Positions 1-12,776 of a stretch of DNA of 64,000 bases are shown here, piece by piece. A program made the position numbers and the translations under genes. The notes beneath the pieces were generated by a model, which had not been told where the DNA came from, searched no databases, and saw only the letters and a program-made list of their open reading frames with translations. Numbering within the stretch: the stretch's first letter is position 1; every line of letters begins with the position of its first letter. Origin of the DNA: the human T2T-CHM13v2.0 reference genome, Homo sapiens; assembly GCF_009914755.1 (NCBI RefSeq), contig NC_060927.1, one strand, 5' to 3'.

Positions 1-2289
1 CCAATGAGAGAATGACTAAGAGCCAGCCTTGCTCCTCTCGAGGGAAGAGTGAAGTGATATTAATCAGCGCACTATTGTGCACAAAGAGTGTTCTCTCAGG
101 AGAAGAGCAGCACATCTGTCCCACTCACACATCAAAGAGGCCCAGCAGCTGAAAATGCTTGTGTCAAATCTCCACTCAGCCTCTTTTTCTCCTTGCTTTC
201 CTTTCCTGGTTCATTTGCTATTCTGTGGGCTGTTTAGCAGTAAACCCTTCATCTGATTAACATTTCAAACCCATTGTTGGTCTGTGCTGGCTTAAATGAA
301 CTAATCATCATTAGTACTTCAAAACCTGTCTGGCTATGCCTGCAAGGGGGAAAAAAAGGAGGAAGAGAAGAAAAGGAAAAGGAAACAAGCCTGACTCATT
401 AAATAAGTCATCCATAAGTAGCTGGCCAAGATTGAAACAAAAGCAGAATCCTGAGTATTTTAATCACTAAGCAAGTCATGGACATGACTCAGAGCTAAAA
501 GGCATAAATGGGACCTTAGGCGATGACGGAACAGAGGCATCTTCCTCTGGAAGAGGAGGGAAGGAAGCCTGGGGCCCCATCCATTTCCTTTGCTCTGATT
601 CCCTTTCCCCTGGAAAATACCAGTTTACGAAGCAAAACTTGTTGCAGAAGCCATTTATTTTCTATTCTTTCTGCTTTATCCATTTTGACAGAATTATATT
701 CCTGAAAGTAGTTGAGGTCGGTCATCTTTCTGATTTTCAGTGATATCGCCATACTTTTAACCCATGATCTGCATCATATTATATATAATGTGTTTAAACC
801 TATTACCTTATTGGACCAGGTAAACCATTAGCTTGGCTTAACCTAAAATTACAAGAGGAGCTTTTTTCCCCTAAATCAGACTCTCCTAGGAAGCCTATCC
901 ATTGTTTATTTTACTTCATACTAAAGTTTTCGTCATGATTCCTATAATTCTGATAACGAAAAAAGGAAAGAATACATCCAGACCATTTTTTGTGCTTGTC
1001 TGCAAGACACAGTGACATTTTAAAAGAACGTTCTAGATTTAAAAAGGTTAATTTCAAGCTTAAACAATAACTTTTTATGGCTTTTCTTGTGAAATCAACA
1101 TTTCCCACAGATGACTGAGTCCCTGCAGTCTAGAAGTATAATTCCTAAACCGTAATATGTGTAAGAGAGATGACTGGTGCAATATCACAGACTTACATAT
1201 TATTAAATTATATAGTGTGCACCATTTCTCTTTTCGATTCTCTTCCAATCCTATGATCAAGTCAAGAAAAAAGTCTCTCTTGGTACCTCTGCATTGAATA
1301 CTACTTCTACCTGTCAATTCCCATTTTAACAAGCAAAGCAGCCCTTAAACTCAGAGTCTTCTGAGGGAAATTGTGTCTAGTTAAAAATAAGTAATATTTT
1401 GTTTCCATTGCATCAATTATTTTTAACATTTTTTCATTTATTTATGGCACCTTAGACTGGTTTTTCTATTCATGGTAGCAATAAAATGTTTCTTAGGAAT
1501 ACATTTAAGTAAAAAAGTAGTCTTTAAAGAAAAATATTAACATTATAATAAAGCATGTGGATATGGAACAAATCATGAATAGCCCGGATTTGGAGCACTC
1601 TTTTTATTTGAGGGGTGAGAAAGAAAAAAGTGGTGTTGTTCCTTTGCTGTCAGCCACCTATGTACATAGCAGGTTTGATTTCTCCATCAAAAACTGTATT
1701 CATGACAATTTCGGGACAATGTTTCATAGAAACTGCAAGTGGGAAGATGAGGGAGGAACTGTCTAACTTTTTTATAGAATGATTATTTGGGGCTGAAAAA
1801 AGTCCCAGGGAACACACAGGTGGCTGAGCGGCAGGAAACGATGAAGCGCAAATGCATCCACAGCAGAAGGGTGTGCTTAAGGATCAGCAGGGAAAATTTG
1901 AGAAAATAGTTCCCATCCATTCTAGCTTGCTTGGCTTCAGTATGGTAAGTTGCTCAGAGTTTGTTACAAGTTTTCCCAAAGGTGAATTTTTAAGTATCTT
2001 CTTGCAATCTTGAGGAAGGAAGTAGAAACACAAGATTTGCTCACTATGTTTCAAATCAGTGTCACTGTCATTTTTTGACAAATGGGACCAAATTTATTCT
2101 AAGCAGCAAATATTCTGGAGGTCTCTATCATTAATTACCCTGTTATGATCTCAAAATATTAGCTCTCACATGCTAATATGTTTTAGATAAAACCCTTTGC
2201 CAGTGCTTAATGAATAAACATTTATTGCACCCCTATTATTCATGAGGCAGTTTATGTTTGTTGTGGCAAGGATGCGATGTGGTATCTCG

Positions 2290-2430
2290 ACACTCAAAGT
2301 GTGATTTGTGGACAAGCAGCCCCAGTATCACCTGGAAACTTGTTAGAAGTGTAGTATCTCAGGCTCCACCCCAGACCTACTGAATGAGAATCTGAGATGA
2401 TTCATATGTACATAAATGTTTGGTAAAACC
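2290..2430 (+). mobile_element. MER5A-like hAT-Charlie DNA transposon (MITE), internally deleted
   Basis: ctcaaagtgtg...cagtatcacctggaaacttgttagaagt...ccaccccagacctactgaatgagaa resembles the recalled MER5A consensus. Confidence 0.8.
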
Positions 2431-2519
2431 TGTTATGAAATATAGACTCTCCTCAAATAACTACATAGTCCAGCTTTGAAATAATACTTATACTAATATA
2501 ACGAAGCAACAAGTGATAG

Positions 2520-3120
2520 TAATTAGTATAAGTGGTATAATCCAAATTTAGACAAGATAATGATATTCAAAAATCGTTGAAGAAATAAGAAAGGAACCAT
2601 GTCTAAAAATCTATCCAGAATTTGAGGATAGAAGCAAGCCCCCACCTTGGAATGTGGATGAATTTTAGAAAAAGGGAAGATAGAACTATACATACCTCTT
2701 AAATATGCACAGAGAAAACCTGCTTGATTACAGTGAGGAATACATGCTGGGGACTTGTGGTAAATCAAACTCAGTGAAAAGTGCAGGTCAGTTTTGGTAA
2801 ACAGAGAAGTTCACTTTTTAATAGCACAGGAAATATATGCCATCTTTGAAGACATGCAGACAAGGGAGTCACAAAAGTAGAATAAATGTCAGTGTTTGCA
2901 AGATTGAGTTGGTTAAACTGTATGTGTGGAATGATTCCTCTAGCCCTGCAGTGGATAAGATGAATTACAGGGGGGAAAGCCAGGATTCTAGAGGCTATAA
3001 ATACCCTTGGTGTGGGATCAGATGCCTTGAATAATGTCTATTTAGCAGAAGATAGTCAAAGGCCCTAAAAACAATAATTACATGTAAGAGACTAATATAG
3101 TCAAACTACTGTATCACAAT
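2520..3120. mobile_element. Degenerate L2 LINE fragment
   Basis: Purine-rich L2-like tracts (ttgaggatagaagcaagcc...gaatgtggatgaatttt; ggtaaacagagaagttcacttttt); highly diverged. Confidence 0.45.
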
Positions 3121-3449
3121 GACTGTGCTGATTTGAATTTGCCTCAATTAGGGAGCTCTTTCATTGAAATAAAGTTTCTAAAAATGTTACTTAATGGCAT
3201 TACTACACTTCTACTCAATTCATTCAGCTGAAACCCATGTGCTTGTTATGTATCCTTTTATTTCTATGTTCTGTTGTAGAATAATAACAACAAAAATGAG
3301 TATAAACCACTGCATTTTAAGTCAGGAAGTAACTTTTCTTCAAATGAGGCAGCAGGTTGTGTCTGCAAAACCTTTAGCTGTAGAGCTACGCTTGTAATTG
3401 AAACCTCGGCTATAGCACTTTCTGGTAGGGCACTGGTGCTACACAACAC

Positions 3450-3560
3450 TGATCAGTGGCTTAACTTCCCTGATCCTCACTTTCTTTATCTGTAAATTAA
3501 AGTGAATATAACTCATTTCACAGGGCTGTTGGCGCAAGACCTGACACATAGTTGAATCTT
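3450..3560 (+). mobile_element. MIR SINE fragment
   Basis: ttaacttccctgatcctcactttctttatctgtaaa...cacagggctgtt resembles the MIR core (cctcagtttcctcatctgtaaaatg). Confidence 0.6.
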
Positions 3561-3728
3561 TAATATCTGTGCTGTTATTAACATCTCGATCATCATCATA
3601 CTTATAATCGTCATCACCATGATAACTGACTCGATTAAGGATTCAAACCTAAGACATACATGTTCTCAAGTTTGAAAGTATGGCTCTGATTTTACACCAG
3701 ACCAAATTTTGATATAGTGGTCCCGTAG

Positions 3729-4073
<345 letters not shown>

Positions 4074-4988
4074 AAGCCCGTGTTTTATTGAAGCTGCACA
4101 GTGGTTCTCTATAAATATAAAACTGCACTTAGTGACCAGCAATGTGTTGATATGGGAATTCAACGTGAGAAAGGCTAGGGAACCTGAAATCCCCTTCCCT
4201 GACTTTTTATTCCTAAGTTAGGTCTGATTCTGTGAGTTCCAGTTCGCCTTTACCCAGCCAGTTTTCTGGCTGATCTCAGCCTTCCTCTTCTGCTACCTCC
4301 TCTCTAATCCTAAGTGTGGCTAAAGCTACAAGCAAAGCCCTCCACATCACTTCACTTTCCTCCCCTAATACTAGATCAAACTGCCCACCAAAATATTATT
4401 TCTTCTGAAGAAAGGAGAAATTCAAGAACGAAAGCACCTGAGTCACAACTGCATAAACTTTTCTTAAGCCCCAGGAAGTCTAGCACTTTCTAGTTGTTAA
4501 CAACTCTCCAGGGGTTATTGATAGAGCTTCCCTGGAGGAACTAAAAGAGGCTTTGACTAACAGTGATGATTGCCTTGGATCAAGTTCGTTTCTAATCTTT
4601 TCCCAGCACTCCTGGTAGTTAAAAGCATGCAGGTATGTCTTCATTTGAAAAATAAATAGTATGTTCCTAATTCATTTATAATTGAACTAGTTTTTATTTG
4701 AGAGTCATCAGGTGTGGTTCCTACAGTTAGTAGGAAAGACTTGAGTCTACTTTACCGACATATTCAGGATTTAATCCACAGCATAGATTCTTGTAGTGAC
4801 AAGAACTGTTCCAGAGCCTAGAGGAATCTCTTCACTGCTCATGAGTTAACATTCACACACTATAGAGAACCAAAGAGCCTAAGATAACTGCTTGAACATG
4901 TCCAAATTTCTCATTTTCCAGTGGGGAAAGAGACCCCTGAAACCATTTAACCAAATTAAGTCAGGGCCAAAACCATCTTTGTCTACAT

Positions 4989-5160
4989 CAGTAATTCTCA
5001 AAGGTTGTATCAGAAACATGGGAAGAGCTTGTTAAAATAGATTGCTGTGCTCTACCCTAGAATTTCTGATTCAGTAGATAAGGGGTGTGGTCTGAGAATT
5101 TGCAAGTTCTCAGTTGATGCTGATGTTTTTGGCCTAGGAATCATACATTGAAAATCACTG
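4989..5160 (-). mobile_element. MER5A DNA transposon
   Basis: Terminal inverted repeats cagtaattctcaa...ttgaaaatcactg; internal gagcttgttaaaatagattgctg and ttctgattcagtag. Confidence 0.85.
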
Positions 5161-5956
5161 CTGTATATTACATTGCCTCTCAACCATGCAGAAACAGAAT
5201 GTTCACTAATTTTTAATATTCATATTAAGTATTGTACTTGCTATTTGTTAGGGGAAAAACAATTTTGAAAAACTGTCCAGTGTAGTGACTCTGATGAAAT
5301 TTCAAAAAAAAAAAAAAACAAAGAAAACTGGATTATATATAAAGTTTTATTATCATCATCTCTCCTTTTCCCAGCCCACTCACTTGTCATTATTTTAAGA
5401 AAATTATTTCTTCTACGTACTTACTGGCATGTTTTTAGCTCCATTTTGGGTTGTAAGGAATATATTCAATGATAAATGAAACTAAACTAAAAGTCATTGT
5501 TGCTCTCTTTAAAAGAAGACGGTTTTTATTAAAAAGGAACAGTTTTATTGAAAATATTAGTGTGAACTTTTCCACAGTATTTTGCATGAAAAGGAAATGG
5601 TGTTTAAAACAAGTATTTTTTGGAAAATTAAAAGGCTTTGATGGGGGATGAGGAAAAAAGAAAAGGAAAGGAAGACAGCTTGTGTTTTGAGCACCTACTG
5701 TGTGTTTGGCACCAGAGAGGCGCCTCCATATAATTTCAAATGAATATTCAATCAATCTGCATGTTCCTGGTGCAGCTTCTTGCATTTTTCTTTTTGTGCT
5801 AAAGGACAGTTTATACCCTCTACCATGCCCCCTCCCCATATGCATTCGTAGTTACACCCTTATCAATGACACTGATACAATATGTATAATCTGTATACTA
5901 TGTCAATTACTTTTTATAGTAAGCCTTTGTTCATGTGATAGATATAAGATTTTTTA

Positions 5957-6290
5957 GAAGCTGGAAGCCATCATTCTCAGCAAACTAACACAGGATCAGA
6001 AAACCAAACACCGCGTGTTCTCACTCATAAGTGGGAGTTGAACAATGAGAACACATGGACACGAGGAGGGGAACATCACACACCGGGGCCTGTCAGGGGG
6101 GTTGGGGGCAAAAGGAGGGAGAGCATTAGGACAAATACCTAATACATGTGGGGCTCAAAACCTAGCTGGCAGGTTGATAGGTGCAGCAAATGACCGTGGT
6201 ACATGTATACCTATGTAACAAACTTGCGCGTTCTGCACATGTATCCCAGAACTTTAAAAAAAAAGATTGACAATCCTAAAAAAAAAAAGA
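5957..6290 (+). mobile_element. L1PA (approx. PA8-PA10) 3' end with poly(A)
   Basis: ctggaagccatcattctcagcaaactaacacagga...gtgggagttgaacaatgagaacacatggacac...gtatcccagaactt followed by A tracts: L1 ORF2 end plus 3'UTR. Confidence 0.95.
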
Positions 6291-8546
6291 TGTTTACAGT
6301 TAAGTGTTCAAAAATAGGCAATTCACTCTAGGTCACATTGCTATTGAATGCTATTGAATGGTAAAGGTGGAACTGTAACACAAATTTGCTTGATTCTAAA
6401 TTTACTGAGGGCACTAAAAAAGATTTTGTTTTTCCTTTTATGCTGGACACTACACATGAGACTTTACTTACAAAAAATTAATACATAAATACAGAACATA
6501 GATCAAAGAAAAGGTCTGGGACATGCAGCTCTGAAGTGTATTTCTTCCTTCTTCTCTCTCTCTCACCACAGTCCTTCACTCTTTCTGTATGGCCCTAAGA
6601 TTTGACTTGCTAGGACAGAGGCAGGAGAGGGGCAAAATAAAAGTTCAGGAGGGGAGGGGTGTGTCCTTGCTTGCTGCCCTGCAAATCCCCTAAGAGTGGT
6701 TTCTGGGCACTGCCACAGCCTCTAGAGAGCTGGTTGTAGTCCCAGATGCATTTCTCTGAATATCATGAGTTTCCTTTTCATTCTTTGAGTGGGTCAGCAC
6801 AAAGAAAAGCAAACAAACCTAAATTACTCTTATTAAATGGCAGGCTGCCAAAAATCTGAGAAAGCACACAGCAACACAATATCTGAAGTCTAAAGGGAGA
6901 ATTCCAAGCCAAGATTAGCATCTCACCCGGCTATCCAGCCAATCAGCCTCAGGGTTTCCACTCTCAGACACGTGACCATTTTACTGGGACATTCAGAAGT
7001 CATCTTGCAGATGTTCCAGGTGCAGATTGAAAGCAGTTGCTTGTATTTCTATTTTGGTGCTTAAGGGCAGTTTATACAGTTTGTACTATTCCCTCTTCCC
7101 CACTGCCATCCCCATATGTAGACATAGAGACCTGAACCTGTATAACATGCAATATTAATAAAAGAGTATCCTTCCCTGAGGAACTTGGTGCATTTGTTTT
7201 CTCCTTGTTTTTGCAAGGAAAACTAATGCAGGGGAGAAAAAAATTCAATATCAGAAATAGCACGTAGGCACCCACGAGAAGAAACCTGCTCAGGTGTTTG
7301 ACATAAGAGCTCTTTCGAGAAGCAGTGTCTGATCGTGGAGTGGCATTTCCTCTTGATTCTTATGGAGTCTGGTATAACTTTGCTGTTGGCTACTGAATTG
7401 AGTTCTAAATTGAATTAATTTACTTTTGACACTGCCAGCACGGCACAGCGTGAGATGAAGCAGATGCTGCGTTAAGTGTAACATTATGAGTTCCTGGGTC
7501 TAATATCTTCTAAATAAGGAATGTTGCTGTGGATATAAAGGAAATTTTATTTGCGTTTGCTCAGAACTTATGCAGGCCAAAACTAGGTTCAGAATTTATT
7601 AAGTTAAATGATGGACTGAAGAGAAACCTAGTTAGGGTTATGCGAATATTACCCGGAACTTTTACATCTGTAAGTTCAAAGTAGTATAGATCTGAAAAGA
7701 TGTGGACTAGAGGAGGAAGGGCCCAGTGATTCCATCATGCTTATAACTGGCATAAGTGACCATAAACCACAAGGAGTAGGATAACAGCTGAGAGCCAATC
7801 AGCTTGGCACTGAAGACTGACAGATTGGCCAGATGGCAAACCTCATTCAAGTGGATGTCATATTTTGATTGGGATTATCTCTCAATACCCTCAATAACTG
7901 TTTAAATTCTATAACAGAGACAAATCATTGCAGTATACCTACATTTGCCTTTCCCCTTCCAGAAATTATATAATAAATCTCTCAGGCAGAAGCATTTTAT
8001 TTATTGTCAGTAGAGAGTTTATAATCTATGGTCAAAGTAGCATAGTAATGCTTAAAAACTATCTTCCAGATGAGAATTCTAGCACATTAGCTTATGAAAT
8101 CTTTTTATTTGTTATCTACAATTGTCATTCTATAAATTGTTATCACCTTTCTCCTTAGATTGCAATTATAGGTCATGGTTTTGTCTTTTATTTTTCTCAT
8201 GGTCTTTTAGAAACTAAATTTTCACTACATTTTACTGTGTCAATTGAATTAAGTCTATAAATTCAGCAAACAAGATATGAGTGAATAGCTACCATATGCT
8301 AGGGGATGGGAATGTAAAGAAAAAGAAACACATTTATTGGTCATTATTCAACTTGAACTCTTAGTTTCAAGACCAAAATTAGTCATCCTATCCTTAGTCC
8401 AACTCTAACTATTATGTTTCATTTGCTGTTATTTTTGAAGCAATGCTGTCTCTAAAGTTAGACTAGTCTCCTCACTCCCCTCAAAGAACACTGTTAATTA
8501 TTTAATTCTCCTCTCCTGCTCTGCCTTGAACACCTGCTCCTACCTA

Positions 8547-8897
8547 TGTGTTTCAGTCAGGGTGGACTAGGTTATCTTATAGTAATGAATGACTCCCAAA
8601 TATCAATGTCTTTACCACAACAAAGGTTTATTTCTTCTCTTGCTACAAGCCTACTGTGGGTTGGCTCTGGTTCTGTTTCACAGTGAATCCTTTATCTGAA
8701 CATTGCCAGTTGTGTGGAAGAAGGAAAATAACCATAACTAAGCAAACACTGATCCTCTAGGTTCTTTCCTGGAAATGGCACACCTTCCATTGGCCCGGAG
8801 CCAAACATGTGGCCAAGCCTCAAGCCAATAGGCTAGTGAAATATAATCTTCTCCAGGGAAGGGTAGTGAATATTTGATGTCCACAATACAGTCTATT
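8547..8897. mobile_element. MaLR solo LTR (MLT1J/K-like)
   Basis: tgtgtttcagtcagggtggactaggttat...caacaaaggtttatttc...ccattggcc...cacaataca typical of old MLT1 LTRs. Confidence 0.65.
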
Positions 8898-10229
8898 CCT
8901 CTAAACCAGTCTTACTCATCTGGCAGCTCTCAGCCCAAGGTCCCCTATTACATTTTCTCATTGCAGTTCTTACTAACTTTTCTAATGTTCTTCATCAAGG
9001 TTTATCTATATTACACATACAAGCATTTATATGTAATATAGTATCTTGCAATATTTTAAAATACTTCATTTTTTTCTGTGCATTTGTCTTTTCTACTCAG
9101 CTGGAAGTTATTTGAAACCAGAAACCATGTTTGAAATTTTTTTCTTGCACATACACGGTTTACAGAACTCACAGACAGTTGTATATTTCAGGGACTTTAG
9201 TAGCCTTAAGTATTCTCTGTTGATTGGCCCCCAAAATAAATCATCCTATGCATGTGCTGGTTTTCAATCAAAGCAAGTAAAAACAAGGCCCTGCCCTCTG
9301 CAAGGACATTAAAACTGGGTACTTGTAATATAACTTCCTTTTAGAACACACATGAAAACCATGTTAGATATAGTATTACCACAAAACATACAAAAATGTA
9401 TTTGATATTATATAGAAAAGTAAAGGTTGTCATCATTTTTAGAAACAGAATGTTTAGGTCACTTTTCGAGACTACATTAAGATAAGCTAGGAAAAATACA
9501 AAGTAATCCAAACGATCTAGCTAAAGATTAGGCTGAAGATACCTCATTAAAATGACTAAAGAAATAACAGATTTAGCCTACATCTAATGTTAGAGAAAAA
9601 TTCTCCATGCACATGTGTCTTACATTAGATCCAATGTTGTATTTGTCAAAATATTCTATTTTCTGCGATGTTCCTGCTTATAATTATAGAGGAACCAGAT
9701 GCATGACCTTGTATAACATTTACTTTGTAACAAGTGCTTGGAGGATAAATAAAATAATTTGTTTGGCAGTTGTGGTATTGAAGGGGGAATACAGTAGAAT
9801 CTAATATAGACGTGTTAACCATGTATGATTCAGAGAGGATGTACAATTCGGAAATGCAAACATCAGCAGGCAGATATGTAACAACATCAGGATTATAAGA
9901 AGCCACTTAATAACAACTAACCAAGTACATCACATGTATTTAGCTCCTTGAAATCATTTCATTAGTCTGAAAATTAAGCATATGCTGCTTCTGAGGGGAG
10001 GAACAAGGAAGACTGGTTTGCTCAGGAGATTGGTAAATGCATGCAAAGCTATTTATCTTGAGATTATAGGTCTGGCTTCAACCAAGAAGCTAAAGACAGT
10101 TATTGCTACTTTATGGCCCATATGAAATGAACCGTCATTATCAGTTTAGATGCTCATTTCAGCAGGCTGTCACCACAGTATGGGTTTGGATAACCCTAAT
10201 GGATATGTGGACAAACGTCTGTTTGGAGA

Positions 10230-10400
10230 GATAGCATATTGAAAAGAGCCCTTGGCTGAGAATCAGGGGGATTGGAGTCTAGTTCCAATTCTGCCTCTAA
10301 TAATAAGTAACATGAGAATCTCCTTTCTGGGAAGGGAGCAGGGAGATAGAGAAGGGTCAGATGACCTCCAAAATCTCATCTGGACCTGAAGCTAGATAAT
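10230..10400 (+). mobile_element. MIR/MIR3 fragment
   Basis: gaaaagagcccttggctgagaatcagggggattggagtctagttccaattctgcc; ends cagatgacctccaaaatctc. Confidence 0.55.
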
Positions 10401-11269
10401 ATCCTGTGAAGGAAAGCTCCTTTTGGCTCTTCACAATAGAAACTTTCTCCTTATCTTCCCCAAAGTTATTACCCAAATAATGACTGGCCTTGATTTTGGA
10501 TTTCAGTCTAGATCTATTTTCCCCTCTGATAAAGGGATAGGATGCCATCTTCCTCTCCCTTTCTTCTTCAGATGTGCAACATCTAAATTATCCCTCAATC
10601 TAGAACAGATTCTTAGCCCTAGTTATATGGCTTGTTTGCCTCTTTAAACTCTTTTGTCTTCATGATATGCCACCACCTATCACAGAGTGTCAGAAAATTG
10701 CCTAAAGAAAATTAGGTTCACATACATTTTTAAGCAAATATGCTATATATTTTAATGTGATACTTTTACTTTTTTAAGGCAAATAGGCTGAGATGAGTTC
10801 TGGGTCCCTGTAATGCTGAGATGTCCACAGCTCTTTCAGACTCAAAACTATTGATAAAGAACAGCTGCCAGGCCAGAATTGTGCATCTGTAGCCTGATTA
10901 CCTACAACCCACCTGTAGTGTTCCGGTTCCTTGGTTATTTCTTGCTGCTTTCAGTGAAAGCCTAAAGCTGCATGTTTCTTTGTGAGAAAGGACGACATGA
11001 ATTGCAGATGATGGAAAAGAAGATGATGTTTACATTTGCCTGGTTATGTTTTTCTTTTATTTTCTCATTTGAAACTTGGAGTTTGGGGGCCTAAGAAAAG
11101 TGAAACCGACACTAAAGGCTTAGATCAAAACTGGCATCATGCCACCAAGTTAGAAGTGTTAAGGAAACAACATTCACAGGTGACAGATGGAGGGAATGAG
11201 AACTAACACTCAGAGGCAGCCATGGCGATGGTGCTGTGCTCTCTCCACCTACATTAGGTCTTTTAGTCT

Positions 11270-11410
11270 TCATGGCCTGGCAGATGAAGAAACTGAGGTC
11301 CGCAAAGTTTAGGTCACTTGTTCAAGTTACACAGCAGGGATGGGGCCAGATTTGTCCTTCAGCATCCTACCTCTGGAGCTGATTCTATTAACCATTAAGC
11401 GCTACTGCCT
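11270..11410 (-). mobile_element. MIR fragment
   Basis: cagatgaagaaactgaggtcc...aggtcacttgttcaagttacacagc is the reverse MIR core. Confidence 0.7.
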
Positions 11411-11685
11411 TGTAAACCTGTGTGCAGGGGCTGGTGGGAGGATCAGGCTTCATTTCTATATCTATCTGGCTTCAAAACTCACTAGTTCAAGCTTCCTTCC
11501 AACAATGAAGAAATGACAGTGATTGGGTGTGGAATAACAATAAATGCCAGCCAAATTCCTCCTCCTGGCATGCTCTACCCTATACCCAGAACTGTTGAGC
11601 TGCCTCTGATGTTTCTTCCTGTATTCTGAAGGGGAAAACAGTCCTGCTTGGGAAAACTCACTGAACAGGCAAAATCATTTTCTAA

Positions 11686-11749
11686 AGATTTAGTGGAGGT
11701 GGATGTTTGTTTGTTGGAGATTTAGTGGAGGTGGATGTTTGTTTGTTGG
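11686..11749. repeat. Perfect 32-bp tandem duplication
   Basis: agatttagtggaggtggatgtttgtttgttgg occurs at 11686-11717 and 11718-11749. Confidence 0.95.
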
Positions 11750-12060
11750 TTTATTTGTTTGTTGAGACAGGGTCTCTCTCTGTCATGCAGGCTGGAGTGC
11801 AGTGGTGCAAGTATAGCTCACTGCAGGCTCAATCTCCAGAGGTTAAGCGATCCTCCCACCTCAGCCACTGGAGTAGCTGGGACTAGAGGCACTTGCCACC
11901 ATGCTTGGATTTCTTTTTTTTCTTTTTTTTTTTTTTTTTAAGTAGAGACAAAATCATTCTATGTTGCCCAGGCTGGTCTTAAAGTCCTGAGCTCAAGCAA
12001 TCATTCTGCCTCAGCCTCCCGAAGTGCTGGGATTAGAGGCATAAGTTGCCACACCTAGCG
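11737..12060 (-). mobile_element. AluJ-type element
   Basis: gagacagggtctc...atagctcactgcag...gatcctcccacctcagcc...ctatgttgcccaggctggtc...gctcaagcaatc (AluJ diagnostics); (TTTG)n tail. Confidence 0.93.
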
Positions 12061-12480
12061 GGTAGATAGATGTTTGGAAGGTTGGGTCTCATCCTAGCTT
12101 TGCCAGTTACCAGGTGTTTGGCCTTGTCTATGCCACTCAGTGTAGATGAGTTTGATTCCACAGTTGTAAAATGAAAACACCAAGCATAATTTATTGTTTT
12201 TCAAATTTTTCTCCAAAGCAATAGAATCCATTGTTTCAATGATATTTTAAGCCCAACCTCAACATATGAAACAAATGCAGTGATTTTGTCTGGGTGACAC
12301 AGGATTCACTCCCACCCCTCATTCCACCCCAGGTCAAAAAAGAAGCTGGAAACTTCTTACTGCACAGGAACAAACACCTAGTTTAGTTCCATTAGGTGGT
12401 CTCACAGCCCCTTCACAACCTTAATAGCCAATGACAGTTCTAAAATTGCAAATTGCTTTGAACAATATCAGGTAATCTCC

Positions 12481-12776
12481 TTTTTTTTTTTTTTTTCAGA
12501 CAGGATCTCACTCAGTCACCCATGCTGGAGTGCAGTGGTGGGATCTTGGCTCACTGCACCTCCACTTCCCTGGCTCAAGTGATCTTCCCACTTCAGCCTC
12601 CCAAGTAGCTGGGACCACAGGCATATGCCACCATGCCCAGCTAATTTTTGCATTTTTTGTAGAGATGGGGTCTTGCTGTGTTGCCCAGGCTAGTCTCCAA
12701 ATCTGGATCTTAAGTGATCCACCGTCTTGGCCTCCCAAAGTGCTGGGATTATAGGCATGAGCCATCCCACCTGGCC
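12481..12776 (-). mobile_element. AluJ-type element
   Basis: Poly(T), then agacaggatctcactc...gtagagatggggtcttgctgtgttgcccaggct...cccacctggcc. Confidence 0.95.

Noticed and set aside
5435-5845. 136-aa minus-strand ORF
   Set aside because: AT-rich, F/K-biased, with no recognisable domain or splice context
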